This document shows positions 1 through 10,879 of a stretch of DNA of 64,000 bases, piece by piece. The stretch's first letter is position 1; every line of letters begins with the position of its first letter. Made by a program: the position numbers and the translations under genes. The notes under the pieces are model-generated. The model saw nothing but the letters and a program-made list of their open reading frames with translations, did no database searches and was not told the DNA's origin. The stretch covers positions 177,506,001-177,570,000 of the forward strand of contig NC_135880.1 in the NCBI RefSeq assembly GCF_964194155.1, read 5' to 3'. The stretch is from Cetorhinus maximus. Its lineage: Eukaryota.

Positions 1-9
1 GAGGGTGTG

Positions 10-33
10 CAGCAGCAGCAGCAGCAGCAGCAG
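10..33 (+). repeat. (CAG)8 microsatellite
   Basis: Eight consecutive CAG units read directly. Confidence 0.9.
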
Positions 34-40
34 GCCCTAC

Positions 41-85
41 GGGAAACCCCTCCGCGCCGAGCGGAAAGGCACAGAGGGAATTTCC
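41..85. promoter_or_regulatory. Two consensus NF-kB sites in a GC-rich patch
   Basis: GGGAAACCCC (41-50) and GGGAATTTCC (76-85) both fit GGGRNWYYCC; function not shown. Confidence 0.4.
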
Positions 86-151
86 CATGAGGCGGCTGAA
101 ATTGCGGGGCTGCAGCTCCTGAGGGAGGTGTCAGGATTAGACAAATTATAG

Positions 152-454
152 GCTCTTTTGAGAAACAAATCCACAAATTAAACTAAAAAAAAACAAAGTG
201 GGGTGGGGGGGCGGGGTGTGTGCGGGTGACAGCCCCTGGTGGAACATTGTTAACTAAAACAAAAACTTGAGAGGAAACTGACCAAATTAAATCAAGATGT
301 CATTTCCGGGGGGGTGATGCTGTACCCCCAGCCCCCGCAGTGCCCACCGATCACGTACCGGCGGACAATGTGCGCTCCTTCTCCAGGGCCACTCAGCCAC
401 AAACAGTCGGGCAACCCCCTCAGCTGCCCACCGCCTGAACCTGTCGACGGCCAG
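152..454 (-). mobile_element. 3' fragment of a Tx1/L1-clade LINE
   Basis: Minus strand gives a decayed Tx1-like ORF2 C-terminus (LAVDRFR...RDRWALRGLG); its 3' end (plus-strand CTCTTTTGAG-AAACAAA) matches the fragment at 61933-62130. Confidence 0.5.
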
Positions 455-654
455 TTAGACAACCTGTACTGCAGCATTACTAATAATGCGTGCAAATACA
501 ACAGAAAAGAGAAAACAAATAAAATTCTTGAAGGCAAGACGGTGCCAGGCCGAACACATTGTAATTCTGCACAGGTAGGAGGGGGGAGGTAGAACATTTT
601 TGTTCCTGGCTTTACAATCTATAATTTTTCCAGGCGACTCCCTCAGAGACACAC

Positions 655-940
655 CTGTCATGATACAGGGTCGACCACATAGGACCAAGACAAGGAGAAA
701 CTTCTTCATTCAAAGGGCTGTGAATCTTTGTACGTCTCTACGCCAGAGGGTTGCGAATGCTCTGTTGTTGGGTATCTTTAAGGCTGAGGTGAATAGATTT
801 TCGTTGTTTCGGAGAATGAAGGGACGTGGTTGGGGGGCATGCTGTCAGTGGGCAGGAAAGTGGAGTTAAGGCAGAAGATCAATCAAGAGCAGATTCATGA
901 GGTCATATGGTTAACTCCTGCTCCTATTTCTTCTATTCTC
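655..940 (+). mobile_element. CR1 LINE 3' end
   Basis: Decayed RT C-terminus (RRNFFIQRAVNL...IFKAEVNRF) and CR1-type tail ending CCTGCTCCTATTTCTT. Confidence 0.7.
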
Positions 941-1049
941 CCTGTAAATAATTATACTGGTGCAAAGAGCACATGGTGAGCAACTGAACTTCCCAAAGGG
1001 AGTTTTATGTCACCTGCAAGGGAGGGGACAGCAGCATTGTTTCATTTTC

Positions 1050-1442
1050 TTAATTATTCGTTCTTGGGATGTAAGCACCACTGGCTAGACCAGCATTTAT
1101 TGCCCATCCCTAATTGCCCTTGAGAAGGTGGTGGTGAGCTGCCTTCTTGATCTGCTGCAGTCCATGTGGTATAGGAAATGCATACTGGAAATACTCCGCA
1201 GGTCTGGCAGCATCTGCTTCCGCCAACCTTTATGGTAATGCATTTATTTATATGGCTAGTCTAGTTCAGTATCTGGTCAATGGTAACCCCCAGGATGTTG
1301 ATAGTGGGGGATTCAGTGATGGTAATGCCATTGAACATCAAGGGGCGTTGGTTGGATTCTCTCTTGTTGGAGATGGTCATTGCCTGACACTTGTGTGGCA
1401 CGAATGTTACTTGCCACTTGTCAGCCCAAGCCTGGATATTGC
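1050..1442 (-). mobile_element. CR1/L2-group LINE fragments
   Basis: Minus frame NIQAWADKWQVTFVPHKCQAMTISNKRESNQRPLMFNGITITESPTINILGVTID; same family as 57180-58215 and 60285-60925. Confidence 0.7.
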
Positions 1443-2722
1443 ACTGGTTCCTCTGCCGTCGCATCTGTTCTGATGATGCCACTTTCAAAAACAGTTTCTC
1501 TGACATGTCTTCCTTTTTCCTTAACCGAGGTTTTCCACCCACGGTGGTTGACAGGGCCCTCAACCGTGTCCGGCCCATCTCCCGCGCATCCGCCCTCACA
1601 CCTTCCTCTCCCTCCCAGAACCATGATAGGGTCCCCCTTGTCCTCACTTATCACACCAGCCTCTGCATTCAAAGGATCATCCTCCGCCATTTCCGCCAAC
1701 TCCAGCATGATGCCACCACCAAACACATCTTCCCTTTACCCCCCCCCGGCGGCATTCCGCAGGGATCGTTCCCTCCAGGACACCCTGGTCCACTCCTCCA
1801 TCACCCCCTACACCTCAACCCCCTCCCACGGCACCCTCCCATGCAACCGCAGAAGGTGCAACACCAGCCCCTTTACTTCCCCTCTCCTCACCGTCCAAGG
1901 GCCCAAACACTCCTTTCAAGTGAAGCAGCATTTCACTTGCACTTCCCTCAATTTAGTCTATTGCATTCGTTGCTCCCAATGCAGTTTCCTCTACATTGGA
2001 GAGACCAAACGCAGACTGGGTGACCGCTTTGCGGAACACCTTTGGTCTGTCCACAAGCATTACCCAGACCTCCCTGTCGCTTGCCATTTCAACACTCCAC
2101 CCTGCTCTCATGCTCACATGTCCATCCTTGGCTTGCTGCAATGTTCCAGTGAAGCTCAACGCAAACAGGAGGAACAGCACCTCATCTTCCGACTAGGCAC
2201 TTTACAGCCTTCCGGACTGAATATTGAGTTTAACAATTTCAGATCATGAACTCTCTCCTCCATCCCCACCCCCTTTCTGATCCCCTTTTTTTCCAATAAT
2301 TTATATAGATTTTTCTTTTCCCACCTATTTCCATTATTTTTAAATGTATTTCCATCCATTGTTTTATCTCTACCTTTTAGCCTATTTCGATTCCTTCACC
2401 CCCACCCCCACTAGGGCTATCTGTACCTTGCTGGTCCTGCTTTCTGCCCTTAATTAGCACATTCCTTAGATAATATCACCACCTTCAACACCTCTTTGTC
2501 CTTTTGTCTATGACATCTTTTGGTTATCTCCACCTATCACTGGCCCTCTATCCAGCTCTACCTGTCCCACCCCCCACCCCCCTTAAACCAGCTTATATTT
2601 CACCTCTTTCCTATTTTTCCTTAACTCTGATGAAGAGTCATTTGGACTCGAAACGTTAACTGTGCTCCTCTCCGCAGATGCTGTCAGACCTGCTGAGTTT
2701 TTCCAGGTAGTTTTATTTTTGC
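1443..2722 (+). mobile_element. Penelope-like element, 5'-truncated, GIY-YIG endonuclease end plus 3' repeat with hammerhead
   Basis: RRICSDD...FLNRGFP linker, then CNRRRCNT...NLVYCIRCSQCSFLYIGETKRRLGDRFAEHL...HFN...LQPSGLN (frameshift near 1740). Flanked by a 12-bp TSD CCTGGATATTGC (1431-1442 and 2723-2734). Confidence 0.9.
2622..2661 (+). ncRNA. Minimal type I hammerhead ribozyme motif in the Penelope 3' repeat
   Basis: CTGATGA-A-GAGTC-ATTTG-GACTC-GAAACGTT-AACTG: intact core and stem II, palindromic ACGT stem III; the 5' strand of stem I has two mismatches. Confidence 0.7.
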
Positions 2723-2770
2723 CCTGGATATTGCTGATTCTTATCAATTGAGATACGAGGAGGCACAGAA

Positions 2771-3088
2771 TCCTTCTCCCGGCCGGCAGGGGGTGCTCTG
2801 GAATATCCTCCTCCCGGCCGGCAGGGGGTGCTTTGGAGTATCTTCCTCCAGGCCGGCAGGGGGCGCTCTGGAGTATCCTCCTCCCGGCCGGCAGGGGGTG
2901 CTCTGGAGTATCCTCCTCCCGGCCGGCACGGGGTGCTCTGCAGTATCCTCCTCCCGGCCGGCACGGGGTGCTCTGCAGTATCCTCCTCCCGGCCGGCAGG
3001 GGGTGCTCTGCAGTATCCTCCTTCCGGCCGGCAGAGGGTGCTCTGCAGTATCCTCCTCCCGGGCGGAAGGGGGTGCTCTGCAGTATCC
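2771..3088. repeat. GC-rich 35-bp minisatellite, about 9 copies, upstream of NDUFB6
   Basis: Unit GGGGGTGCTCTGSAGTATCCTCCTCCCGGCCGGCA recurs at 2786, 2821, 2856, 2891, 2926, 2961, 2996, 3031. Confidence 0.92.
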
Positions 3089-3204
3089 CCGGTGTGACGC
3101 AATCAGCGTGCGCCGAACTGTAACCCGGGCAGTTGTTGTCGCTCTGATGCCGATGTCCGAGTGACCGGGGCCTAGTTATTGCTCCGCTCCGCCAGTTTGC
3201 AGCG

Positions 3205-3387
3205 ATGCCTCTGGGTTACACGCCAGAGGAGAAGGCCCGGTTCCAGCAGCTGGTGAACCTGCGCCGCCGGTGGCTGAAGGACCAGGAGCTGAGCCCGCGC
3301 GAACCCGTCCTTCCGGCCGATAGCAAAGGGGCCGTAAGCCGGTTCTGGGAGGGATTCCTACAGCCGCGGAGCCTCTGGAGAATTTAT
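3205..3387 (+). CDS. NDUFB6: NADH dehydrogenase 1 beta subcomplex subunit 6, exon 1
   Basis: [37 protein letters not shown]...FWEGFL carries the NDUFB6 signature; phase-0 donor TAT|GTGAGT. Confidence 0.95.
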
Positions 3388-3464
3388 GTGAGTGAGTGAG
3401 AGCTGGGAGAGGGGAGAGGACTGACGAGGAGCTGTCACTCTGCAATGATAGGCCGGCAGGCACT

Positions 3465-3720
3465 TTGTGACATCACATGGATTGTGACCTCATAAGTGTC
3501 ACATCATTGATTTTGACCTCACGATTGTGACATCATAGATTGAGACCTCACACTGACTGTGACATCATATATCGTGACCTCACATGGACTGTGACATCAT
3601 ATATTGAGACATCACATGCATTGTGACCTCACAGACTGTGACATCATAGACTGCAACCTCACATGGACTGTGACATCACACAGATTGTGACATCCCATGG
3701 ATGGAGCTGATTGTGACCCC
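3465..3720. repeat. Degenerate ~15-19-bp tandem repeat in NDUFB6 intron 1
   Basis: Recurring TGTGACATCACATGGAT / TGTGACCTCACA units. Confidence 0.8.
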
Positions 3721-5029
3721 CTGTTGATTGTGGCACCGCTTCAAGTGTAGTTGGGGGTAAAGCCTCACTTAGCCCAGTACGTTTAATCCTGTCCTTGGCC
3801 CAGGTGGGTGGGTGGTCGAGTGTTTAAACAGGTCTGCTCTCTATCTCTCTCTTTTGCAATCTTTGAATGGTACTCCTAACATTCTCTGCAAATTTGACCC
3901 AATAAGGTATTTAAAATTATGAAAGGTTTTGATGGAATGAATACAGTGAGAATGTTTCCTCTCGGGAAGAGTTTAACTAGAGGCCATCGGTGTAAGATAG
4001 TCACCAAGAAATCCAATAGGTAATTCAGAAGAAACTACCCAAAGAGTGGTGAAAATATGGAACTTGCTACCACAAGGAGTGGTTGAAGCAAATAGTATAG
4101 ATGCACTTAAAGGAAGCTAGACAAGTGTATGAGGGAGAAAGGACTAAAGTGGAGCATAAACACCGGCATGGCCGATTCCTGTGTCATATATCCCTTGTAA
4201 TCATTTCTCATTCATCAAATCATAGAAAATTTGCTAATCCCATCTTCCTACACCTTGTCCTTAGCCCTGCAGGTTACAGCTCTTCAAGTAGACATTATGT
4301 GGTAAGCCTCAACCACCCTTTCAGGGAGTGGCTTCCAGGTCCCTATACAATTTTTTGGTGGAAAAATTGTTTCCTCATTTCCCGTTTGACCCTTCTACCA
4401 TGCCACGTGCTTTTGGATCCCTCTGCTCCTATTGGTGCAGAAAAAACCTGTCTATTTTAAATGCAATCACGCTTTATGTTAGCAAGCCCAGCAATCTGGA
4501 ATTATCTGCATGTAGATTTTGTACTCTCCAGTCTGCTCTGCTTGAAATTCAGGAGCTGCAAGTTTTGCAAACAGCTGCTCTTAGCACTGTGGCCTCATAA
4601 ATCTGAACACCATCTGTGAGAATGAGTAACTTGAAATAAAGCCAAATCAATGGGAACGTTAAGTACTGGTGTTGAACATTCCTGAGTCAGGGGTGTTCTG
4701 CAGCTCAGTGTGAGCAAGTTTTGTGCTGCTTGCTCACCAGCTACTGAGTGCTCTCCTCTTCCTCTCTCCCCAAGCTTCTTCCATTCCGTTAAAGATATTG
4801 ATTCCCTCACTGGGGTCCAGTTCTTTTCATGCTCACTATTGATGTGTGAAGAGTGAGTATTGATAGATTATATACTTGCTGAGAGGGTATAACGCCTTAG
4901 CTCAATGCATTTTTCACTCAATCTTCCCGTCCACCATTGGTGTGTTGGAAGGGTTAGCAGGATGATTATCAACCTGTTTAGATGTGTTATGAACGCTGTG
5001 AGGTGGAGTGAGAGAGGTTTTCTTTCTTT

Positions 5030-5397
5030 ATTTACTCTTTCATGGGATGTGGGTGTCGCTGGCAAGGCCAGCAATTGTTGCCCATCCCTAACTGCCCTTG
5101 AACTGAGTGGCTTGCTAGGCCATTTCAGAGGGAACTTAAGAGTCAATCACATTGCTGTGGGTCTGGTGTCACATGTAGGCCAGACCAGGTAAGGATGGCA
5201 GATTTTCTTGCCTAAAGAGCATTAGTGAATCAGATGGGTTTTTACAACAACTGATAACAGTTTTATATTCCAGTTTTATTAATTGAATTTAAATTTCACC
5301 AGCTGCCTTAGTGGGATTTGAACCCATATCCCCAAAGCATTAGCCTCGGACTCCAGATTACTAGTTCAGTGACATTACCACAATGCCACTGTCTCCC
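5030..5397 (-). mobile_element. tRNA-derived SINE
   Basis: Reverse complement of the SINE at 7135-7520 (B box GGTTCAAATCCC, shared body and tail). Confidence 0.75.
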
Positions 5398-6680
5398 TTG
5401 CATTCCTTAAAGACTTCAGCCTCTGACTGCTGTTTGTTTCTACTGTTTGAGGAGACCTAGTGGAACAGTCAGAGCTTCCAGTCAGAAGAAACTGAAAGGT
5501 GACAAGTGTCGGTGGAAGTGAGAAGTGGTGGAAGCATAGAATCGTATGATAGAGAAGGTGGACATTCAGCCCACTGTGCCTGTGCTGGCTCTTTGAAAGA
5601 GCTATCCAAATCATCCCACTCCCCATTGCCCTGCAAGTTTTTACTTTTCAAGTTTACGGCCAGTTCCCTTTTGAAGGTTGTTGTTGAGGCTGCTTCCACT
5701 GGACAGTTGGCTGAGATAGATGACCTGCACTTACACAATTTTGGATCTCCATAAATGAGCCCTGCAGATAGGATTAATGGCTGAATTATCAGGATAAAAT
5801 ACAAGTTTAGGAAAGATGTGAGGGTCCTTGAGAGGGTGCAGAGGAGATTTACCAGATTGGTTCCAAGAATGAGGGATTTTAGCTAGTTGGAGAGGCTGGG
5901 GTTGCTCTCCTCAGAACAACAGAGTTTGAGGGGAAATTTGATAGAGGGGCACAAGATTATGACAGGTTTAGATAAGATAGACAAAGAAAAGCTGTTCGCA
6001 TTAGCTGATTGGACAAGGAGTAGGGGGACACAGATTTAAAGTTTTCGGCAAGAGATGCAGGGGGAATGTAAGGAAGAACTTTTTTACACAAGTGGTAATA
6101 ACCTGGAACACTCTACCTACTCTACCTGCTGAATGATTTCAAAAGGAAATTGGATGGACACTTGGAAGGAAATAAACTTGCAAGGCTAAGGGGATAGAGC
6201 GGGAGAATGGGTGTGACTGGATTGCTCTACAGAGAGCTGACACAGACTTGATGGACTCCTGTGCTGTAATGACTCTATAATATTTACTTTGGACAAAAGC
6301 CAAAATCCTGCAGATGCTGAAAATCTCAACATAAACAGAAATGCTGCAAATATTAAGCAGATACTGTCTGCCTTGCTAGCGTCATCTGTTTAAATTTCCA
6401 ATGTGGGTTGTCAGAGTAAGTGCACTCTATTCCTTCTGCGTACCCCATCTGGAAATTCACCCACATAATGAGATTGCTTTTAGCGAAAAAGAATAATAGT
6501 TTTGATAGTGAAGTTAGTCAGATTGTTAAGTTATTTCTAAACCAATATTTTGAGTGTTTTAATCTAGGCTCACTGAGTGCCAATCTTCCTAAACTGTCTT
6601 GAATGCAATCTTTCTACATCTCCAATTCCTGTCAAGTTTTCATGTTGATGTTTTCATTTTGTAATTCTTCTATATTTCAG

Positions 6681-6773
6681 ACCTATAAGACATGCAACGC
6701 AGGCTGGTGGACTTTGACTCGGTTGCTGATTCCTGCCTGGGTTGTCCATTACTACGTGAAGTACCATGTTGAA
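6681..6773 (+). CDS. NDUFB6: NDUFB6 exon 2
   Basis: TTTCAG acceptor; TYKTCNAGWWTLTRLLIPAWVVHYYVKYHVE (transmembrane helix); GTGAGT donor; 93 nt, phase 0/0. Confidence 0.93.
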
Positions 6774-7134
6774 GTGAGTACTGGCAGTTGTTGGCAATCT
6801 AGATGAAGAGCTAAAGAAAGAAACTGCATTGTCTATAGTGTCTTTCAGATTGTCCCAAAGCGCTCTACAGCTAATGAAGTACCTTTGAAGCATAGTCCCT
6901 GGTGTAATGTAGGAAACACGGCAGCTTATTTCCACAGGTGTGATAGTAACTCTGTTTTAAGCGTTGGTTGAGGGGTAAATATTGGCCAGCACACTGGGGA
7001 AAACTCCCCTCTTTGTCGTCCAAATTGTGCCAGAGATCTTTTATTTACACCCGGGAGGGCACACGAGGCTTCGGTTTAACGTCTGATTCAAAGGCAGCAC
7101 CTCCCAACAGTATAGGATTCCTTCAATACTGGTC

Positions 7135-7520
7135 AGGGAGAGATGTGGTAATGCCTTAGTGATAATGTTACCGGACTAGTAACCCAGACGTAATGCTCTT
7201 GGGACACAGGTTCAAATCCCACCATGACAACTGTGGAATTTAAACAATTAATATAAAGCCAGTCCCTGTAATGGTAACCATGATAACTATCAATTGTTGT
7301 AAAAACCCATCTGGTTCACAAATGCCCTTTTAGGGAAGGAAATCTGCCATCCTTACCTGGTCTGGCCTACATGTGACTCTAGACTCACAGCAACATGGTT
7401 GACTTTTAACTCCCCTCTGAAATGGCCTAGCAAATCACTCAGTTTCATGGGAAATTAGGGATATGCAGCAAATGCTGGCCTTGCCAGTGATGCCCACATC
7501 CTGTGAATGAGTAAAGAAAA
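7135..7520 (+). mobile_element. tRNA-derived SINE with LINE-like 3' tail
   Basis: A/B-box head (GGTTCAAATCCC), conserved body AAAACCCATCTGGTTCAC...GGAAATCTGCCATCCTTACCTGG, tail TGCTGGCCTTGCCAGTGATGCCCACATCC. Confidence 0.8.
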
Positions 7521-7961
7521 ATGTTTCTCAACAAAAATGTTCTCAAATCCCTCCATAGTCTCCATTCTCTCTATCACTGTTAACTTCTCCAGCCCTTCTG
7601 GCCTATTGAGTGTCCATGATTTTCATTGCTCTACCATTGGTGGCTTTGCCTTCAGCTGTCTAAGCCCTAAGCTCTGGAATTCCCCCCCTAAACCTGTGCC
7701 TCCATCACTCTCTCCTCTTTTAAGGCTCTCCTTAAAACCCACGTCTTGGATCAAGCTTTAGGCTCCTTGTCCTAAAATCTTATGTATCTCATTGTCAAGT
7801 TTTGTATGATAATCACTCCTGTTAAGCACCTTGGGATGGTTTACTATGTCAAAGGAGCCAAATAATTGCAAGTTTTTTGCTGTTACTTGTATTCAGTATT
7901 TGCATCTAGTAAATTTCAGTCGAGCTCTTCAGTCCTTAAATTTGTGGCTTTTGTTCCACAG

Positions 7962-8006
7962 GCTAAACCATATGGCGTTGTGTGTGTGAAACCAAAAATT
8001 TTCCCG
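7962..8006 (+). CDS. NDUFB6: NDUFB6 exon 3
   Basis: CCACAG acceptor; AKPYGVVCVKPKIFP; GTAAGT donor; 45 nt. Confidence 0.92.
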
Positions 8007-8476
8007 GTAAGTTACATGGCAGGATCTGCACCGTATGCATTAGTGTAAAATTGATTAGTGTATCTTCAATGTGCTGAGATGACGAGGAGAGATTTATAAA
8101 ACAAAGAAAAACTGAGAATGATGGAAATCTGAAACGAAACCAGGAAATTCTGGCGTTTGTTGCATCAAATCTTGGCACAGCCCATATTGAGTATTTATTC
8201 ATCAAACAGAAACCCAAGTGTGTAACCTCCCTCCAACCTGCAGTCATGTAATCTCCTGGGAGAGACCAAAAAATAAACAGAGCTAATAAGGGAAAAGTGC
8301 TCTTGAAAATTCCTCTCCAGTCAAGGTTTACCCACAGCACCTATGGGTGGCATTTTGAGAAAAAGCATGCAGCACCTGAACAGTCCCGCTTGCAGTAGTG
8401 CACATGCTGTACCTTGTTGTCACGTCTTCAACAATCTGTACAGGTCAAAACAAACACAAAGGAAAGATAATGGAAC

Positions 8477-9347
8477 TGTCAGGAGGATATAATAATGTTA
8501 TTGGAATTTATTGTAAGATTGTGGTATGTGTGTCTATATGTGTGTGTGTGTGAGAGAGAGAGACTTAATTGGATTAAAGGCAGCTGGCCTGAAGGTTTTG
8601 ATGTAGAAGATAGCTAGGTTTGAAATGTTAAGTAGATAAACATGGGAGAAGTTTAGAATGTAAGGTATAAAAGGACATTTGCATTTTTAAATAAACTAGA
8701 CTAGCTTGAATTAAAAAGAGGGAGTGAAATATTACACCAAACCAGCAGAAGTTAAGAAACAGTGTTTATTTTTCCCAAAGATTACTGGTAAAATTGGTAC
8801 TATGATAATTTTTTTATGATCAGGGAGGTAAAGCCCAAAGACATAGTGAAACAATGGGAATTTGCATTCAAAGGGGAAAATATGTATAAAAGAGAGAAGG
8901 CTCTGTGTAAAGGTAGGCATTTTAAGATCTAACAGGTGTGAAAAGCCTTCAGCATCTACACCTCAAGCTGCTGTCTACAACGAACTGAAATTAAGGAAAC
9001 TCACTTTGAATTGGATTGTTCAGGTATCATGTTTCTTTGCCCGGGTCTTTTAAAATCTGTGTTACTGTTGCCTTAACAGAGATATAACTGGAGTCAGATT
9101 AATTAGGGGCTTTAGAAGTTATTATAGTAGTAATTTATAGACATATATATGTGCTTTAAAAATCATTTTTATTTTTAATAGATGTTTAATCTAGTTTTGT
9201 CAAAATCTGTAAGGCTTGGTGGTCTTATTACTACTGAATTCAAAGCCCGCATCTCAAAACATACAGATTGCAAAAATAGTTGTGGCAGTTGTCTCAAGTT
9301 TCCCTCTGGGATTTGAACAGCTCAGCATTTTTGGCTGTGCCATAACA
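8477..9347 (+). mobile_element. Probable solo LTR (Gypsy-like) in NDUFB6 intron 3
   Basis: TGTCAG...CATAACA ends, near-identical flanks GGAAC/GGGAC, internal TATAAAA, no ORF. Confidence 0.55.
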
Positions 9348-10186
9348 GGGACGTCCCAAGAAGTGGCTAGGGAAATCCTGACTGGTGGTACTGGCTTTTG
9401 TGTATGAAGAAAGAATCCTGGTTCACCGCAGATGCGTTGGGAATCCCCTTACTGCTCGTTAGGCCCCAGGAACTGTCTCATTGAGGGGTTGTGTGTGTGT
9501 GTTTATGTACTGGCATGAGCCAGGGAGCTCTCAAACATAGGGACTCCGTGGATAAGCAGGAATCATGAGGTACTTGGGGGATGGGTTGTTTCCAAGCCCC
9601 GAAGATTCAGTGCGGTGAAAGTAAGGGTAAGTACATGCGGTTAGAATTTCCTCAGGAAATATCCCAACCCCCTGTCATTGCTGTATTGGAAAATTGATGA
9701 TAACACTGAAAAAAAGCTTTTTACGCTGCTACTCCAGAATCTAAACCAAAGTAATGGCAGGAAATTGCGAAAATCCCCCTGAAAAGATACTAGCTGTGAT
9801 CTCTGTACATTTTTTCTGTTTTTTTAAATCCAGTAACCTAAATTTTAGAGGTGCATATAACAATGTGAATATGGAACTGTTAAAGTAACTGTGTTTGAGG
9901 ATTTTTTTTGCTGGAATGTTACCTGTGTAGACTTTGTGTGATGAAATGAGATCAAGAGACGAGGGAAACTAGGGAGAAGGATTTTTGTGTGATACGGTAA
10001 CTGAGAATTGTAAATAGAAAATAACCAATTGTCACAAAAACTCAAGGCTCGAAACATTTAATTAATGGGGAAACCGGCTGAAAAAGACAGAAACAAGGGA
10101 TTTTATCATAAAGAATAACATGCTTGAGTGAAAATCTGTTGAGCTAATCACACGTCTGACTTCTATCTTATGGTTCGTTCCTTCAG

Positions 10187-10258
10187 GGTGACACAATATT
10201 GGAGACGGGAGAAGCTATTCCACCAATGCCGGAGGATGAGCAGAATGGGCACCACTAA
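10187..10258 (+). CDS. NDUFB6: NDUFB6 exon 4 (last coding exon)
   Basis: CTTCAG acceptor; GDTILETGEAIPPMPEDEQNGHH-TAA; GDTILETGE is the conserved C-terminal motif; spliced CDS is 130 aa. Confidence 0.94.
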   Translation, partial: GDTILETGEAIPPMPEDEQNGHH

Positions 10259-10355
10259 TCAGAGGATATTATGGATGTCTAGCGTCAATGGTTGTACAAT
10301 TAAGTTCAGAGGAAAGGCACAGATACAGTTGCTCCATTTGAAAGACTTATTTATC

Positions 10356-10361
10356 ATTAAA
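10356..10361 (+). terminator. NDUFB6: Candidate NDUFB6 polyadenylation signal
   Basis: ATTAAA about 100 nt after the stop codon. Confidence 0.55.
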
Positions 10362-10449
10362 TGCTGATTTACCAAGATCCAGAAGGCTGCTTGTTATTCA
10401 TATGGAAATTTATAAAACTCTGTTGCCCATGTCTTGATTTGCTCCGAGT

Positions 10450-10865
10450 TCCATTCACCCATCACCTCTTCATTTATCTGACCAGTCCAGCCATGCCTCA
10501 ATTTTTAAAATTCTTATCCGCATTTTCAAATCCATTTTTGACCTTTCCCTCCCTCTGTGACTTCCTTCAGCCCTACCACCCTCTGAGACCTCTGCACACC
10601 TCCAATTCTGGCCTCCTGTGCAGTCCTAATTTTCATCACTCCGCCATTGGTGGACTTTCCTTCAGCTGCCTGGGGCCTAATCTCTGGAATTCCCTCCCTA
10701 AACCACAATGCGCCTCTCTCCTCCTTCAAGAGGATCCTTAAAACCTACCTCATTGACCAAGCTTTTGGTCACCTGTCCTAATACCTCCTTAGGTGGCTCA
10801 GTGTCAAATTTTGTTTGACGATTGCTTCTGTGAAGTACCTTGGGCATTTCACTATAAAGGCCAGA
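10450..10865 (+). mobile_element. L2-type LINE 3' end
   Basis: Decayed FSCLGPNLWNSLP motif and tail AAAACCTACCTCATTGACCAAGCTTTTGG. Confidence 0.7.
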
Positions 10866-10879
10866 ATTAGACGAGTACA

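Noticed and set aside
2713-3164. Several 60-138 aa ORFs on both strands; array superficially CRISPR-like
   Set aside because: Translations of a 35-bp head-to-tail minisatellite with no unique spacers and no cas genes; eukaryotic context.
7140-7225. tRNA gene (also at 36045-36130)
   Set aside because: A/B-box heads run into SINE bodies; no cloverleaf.
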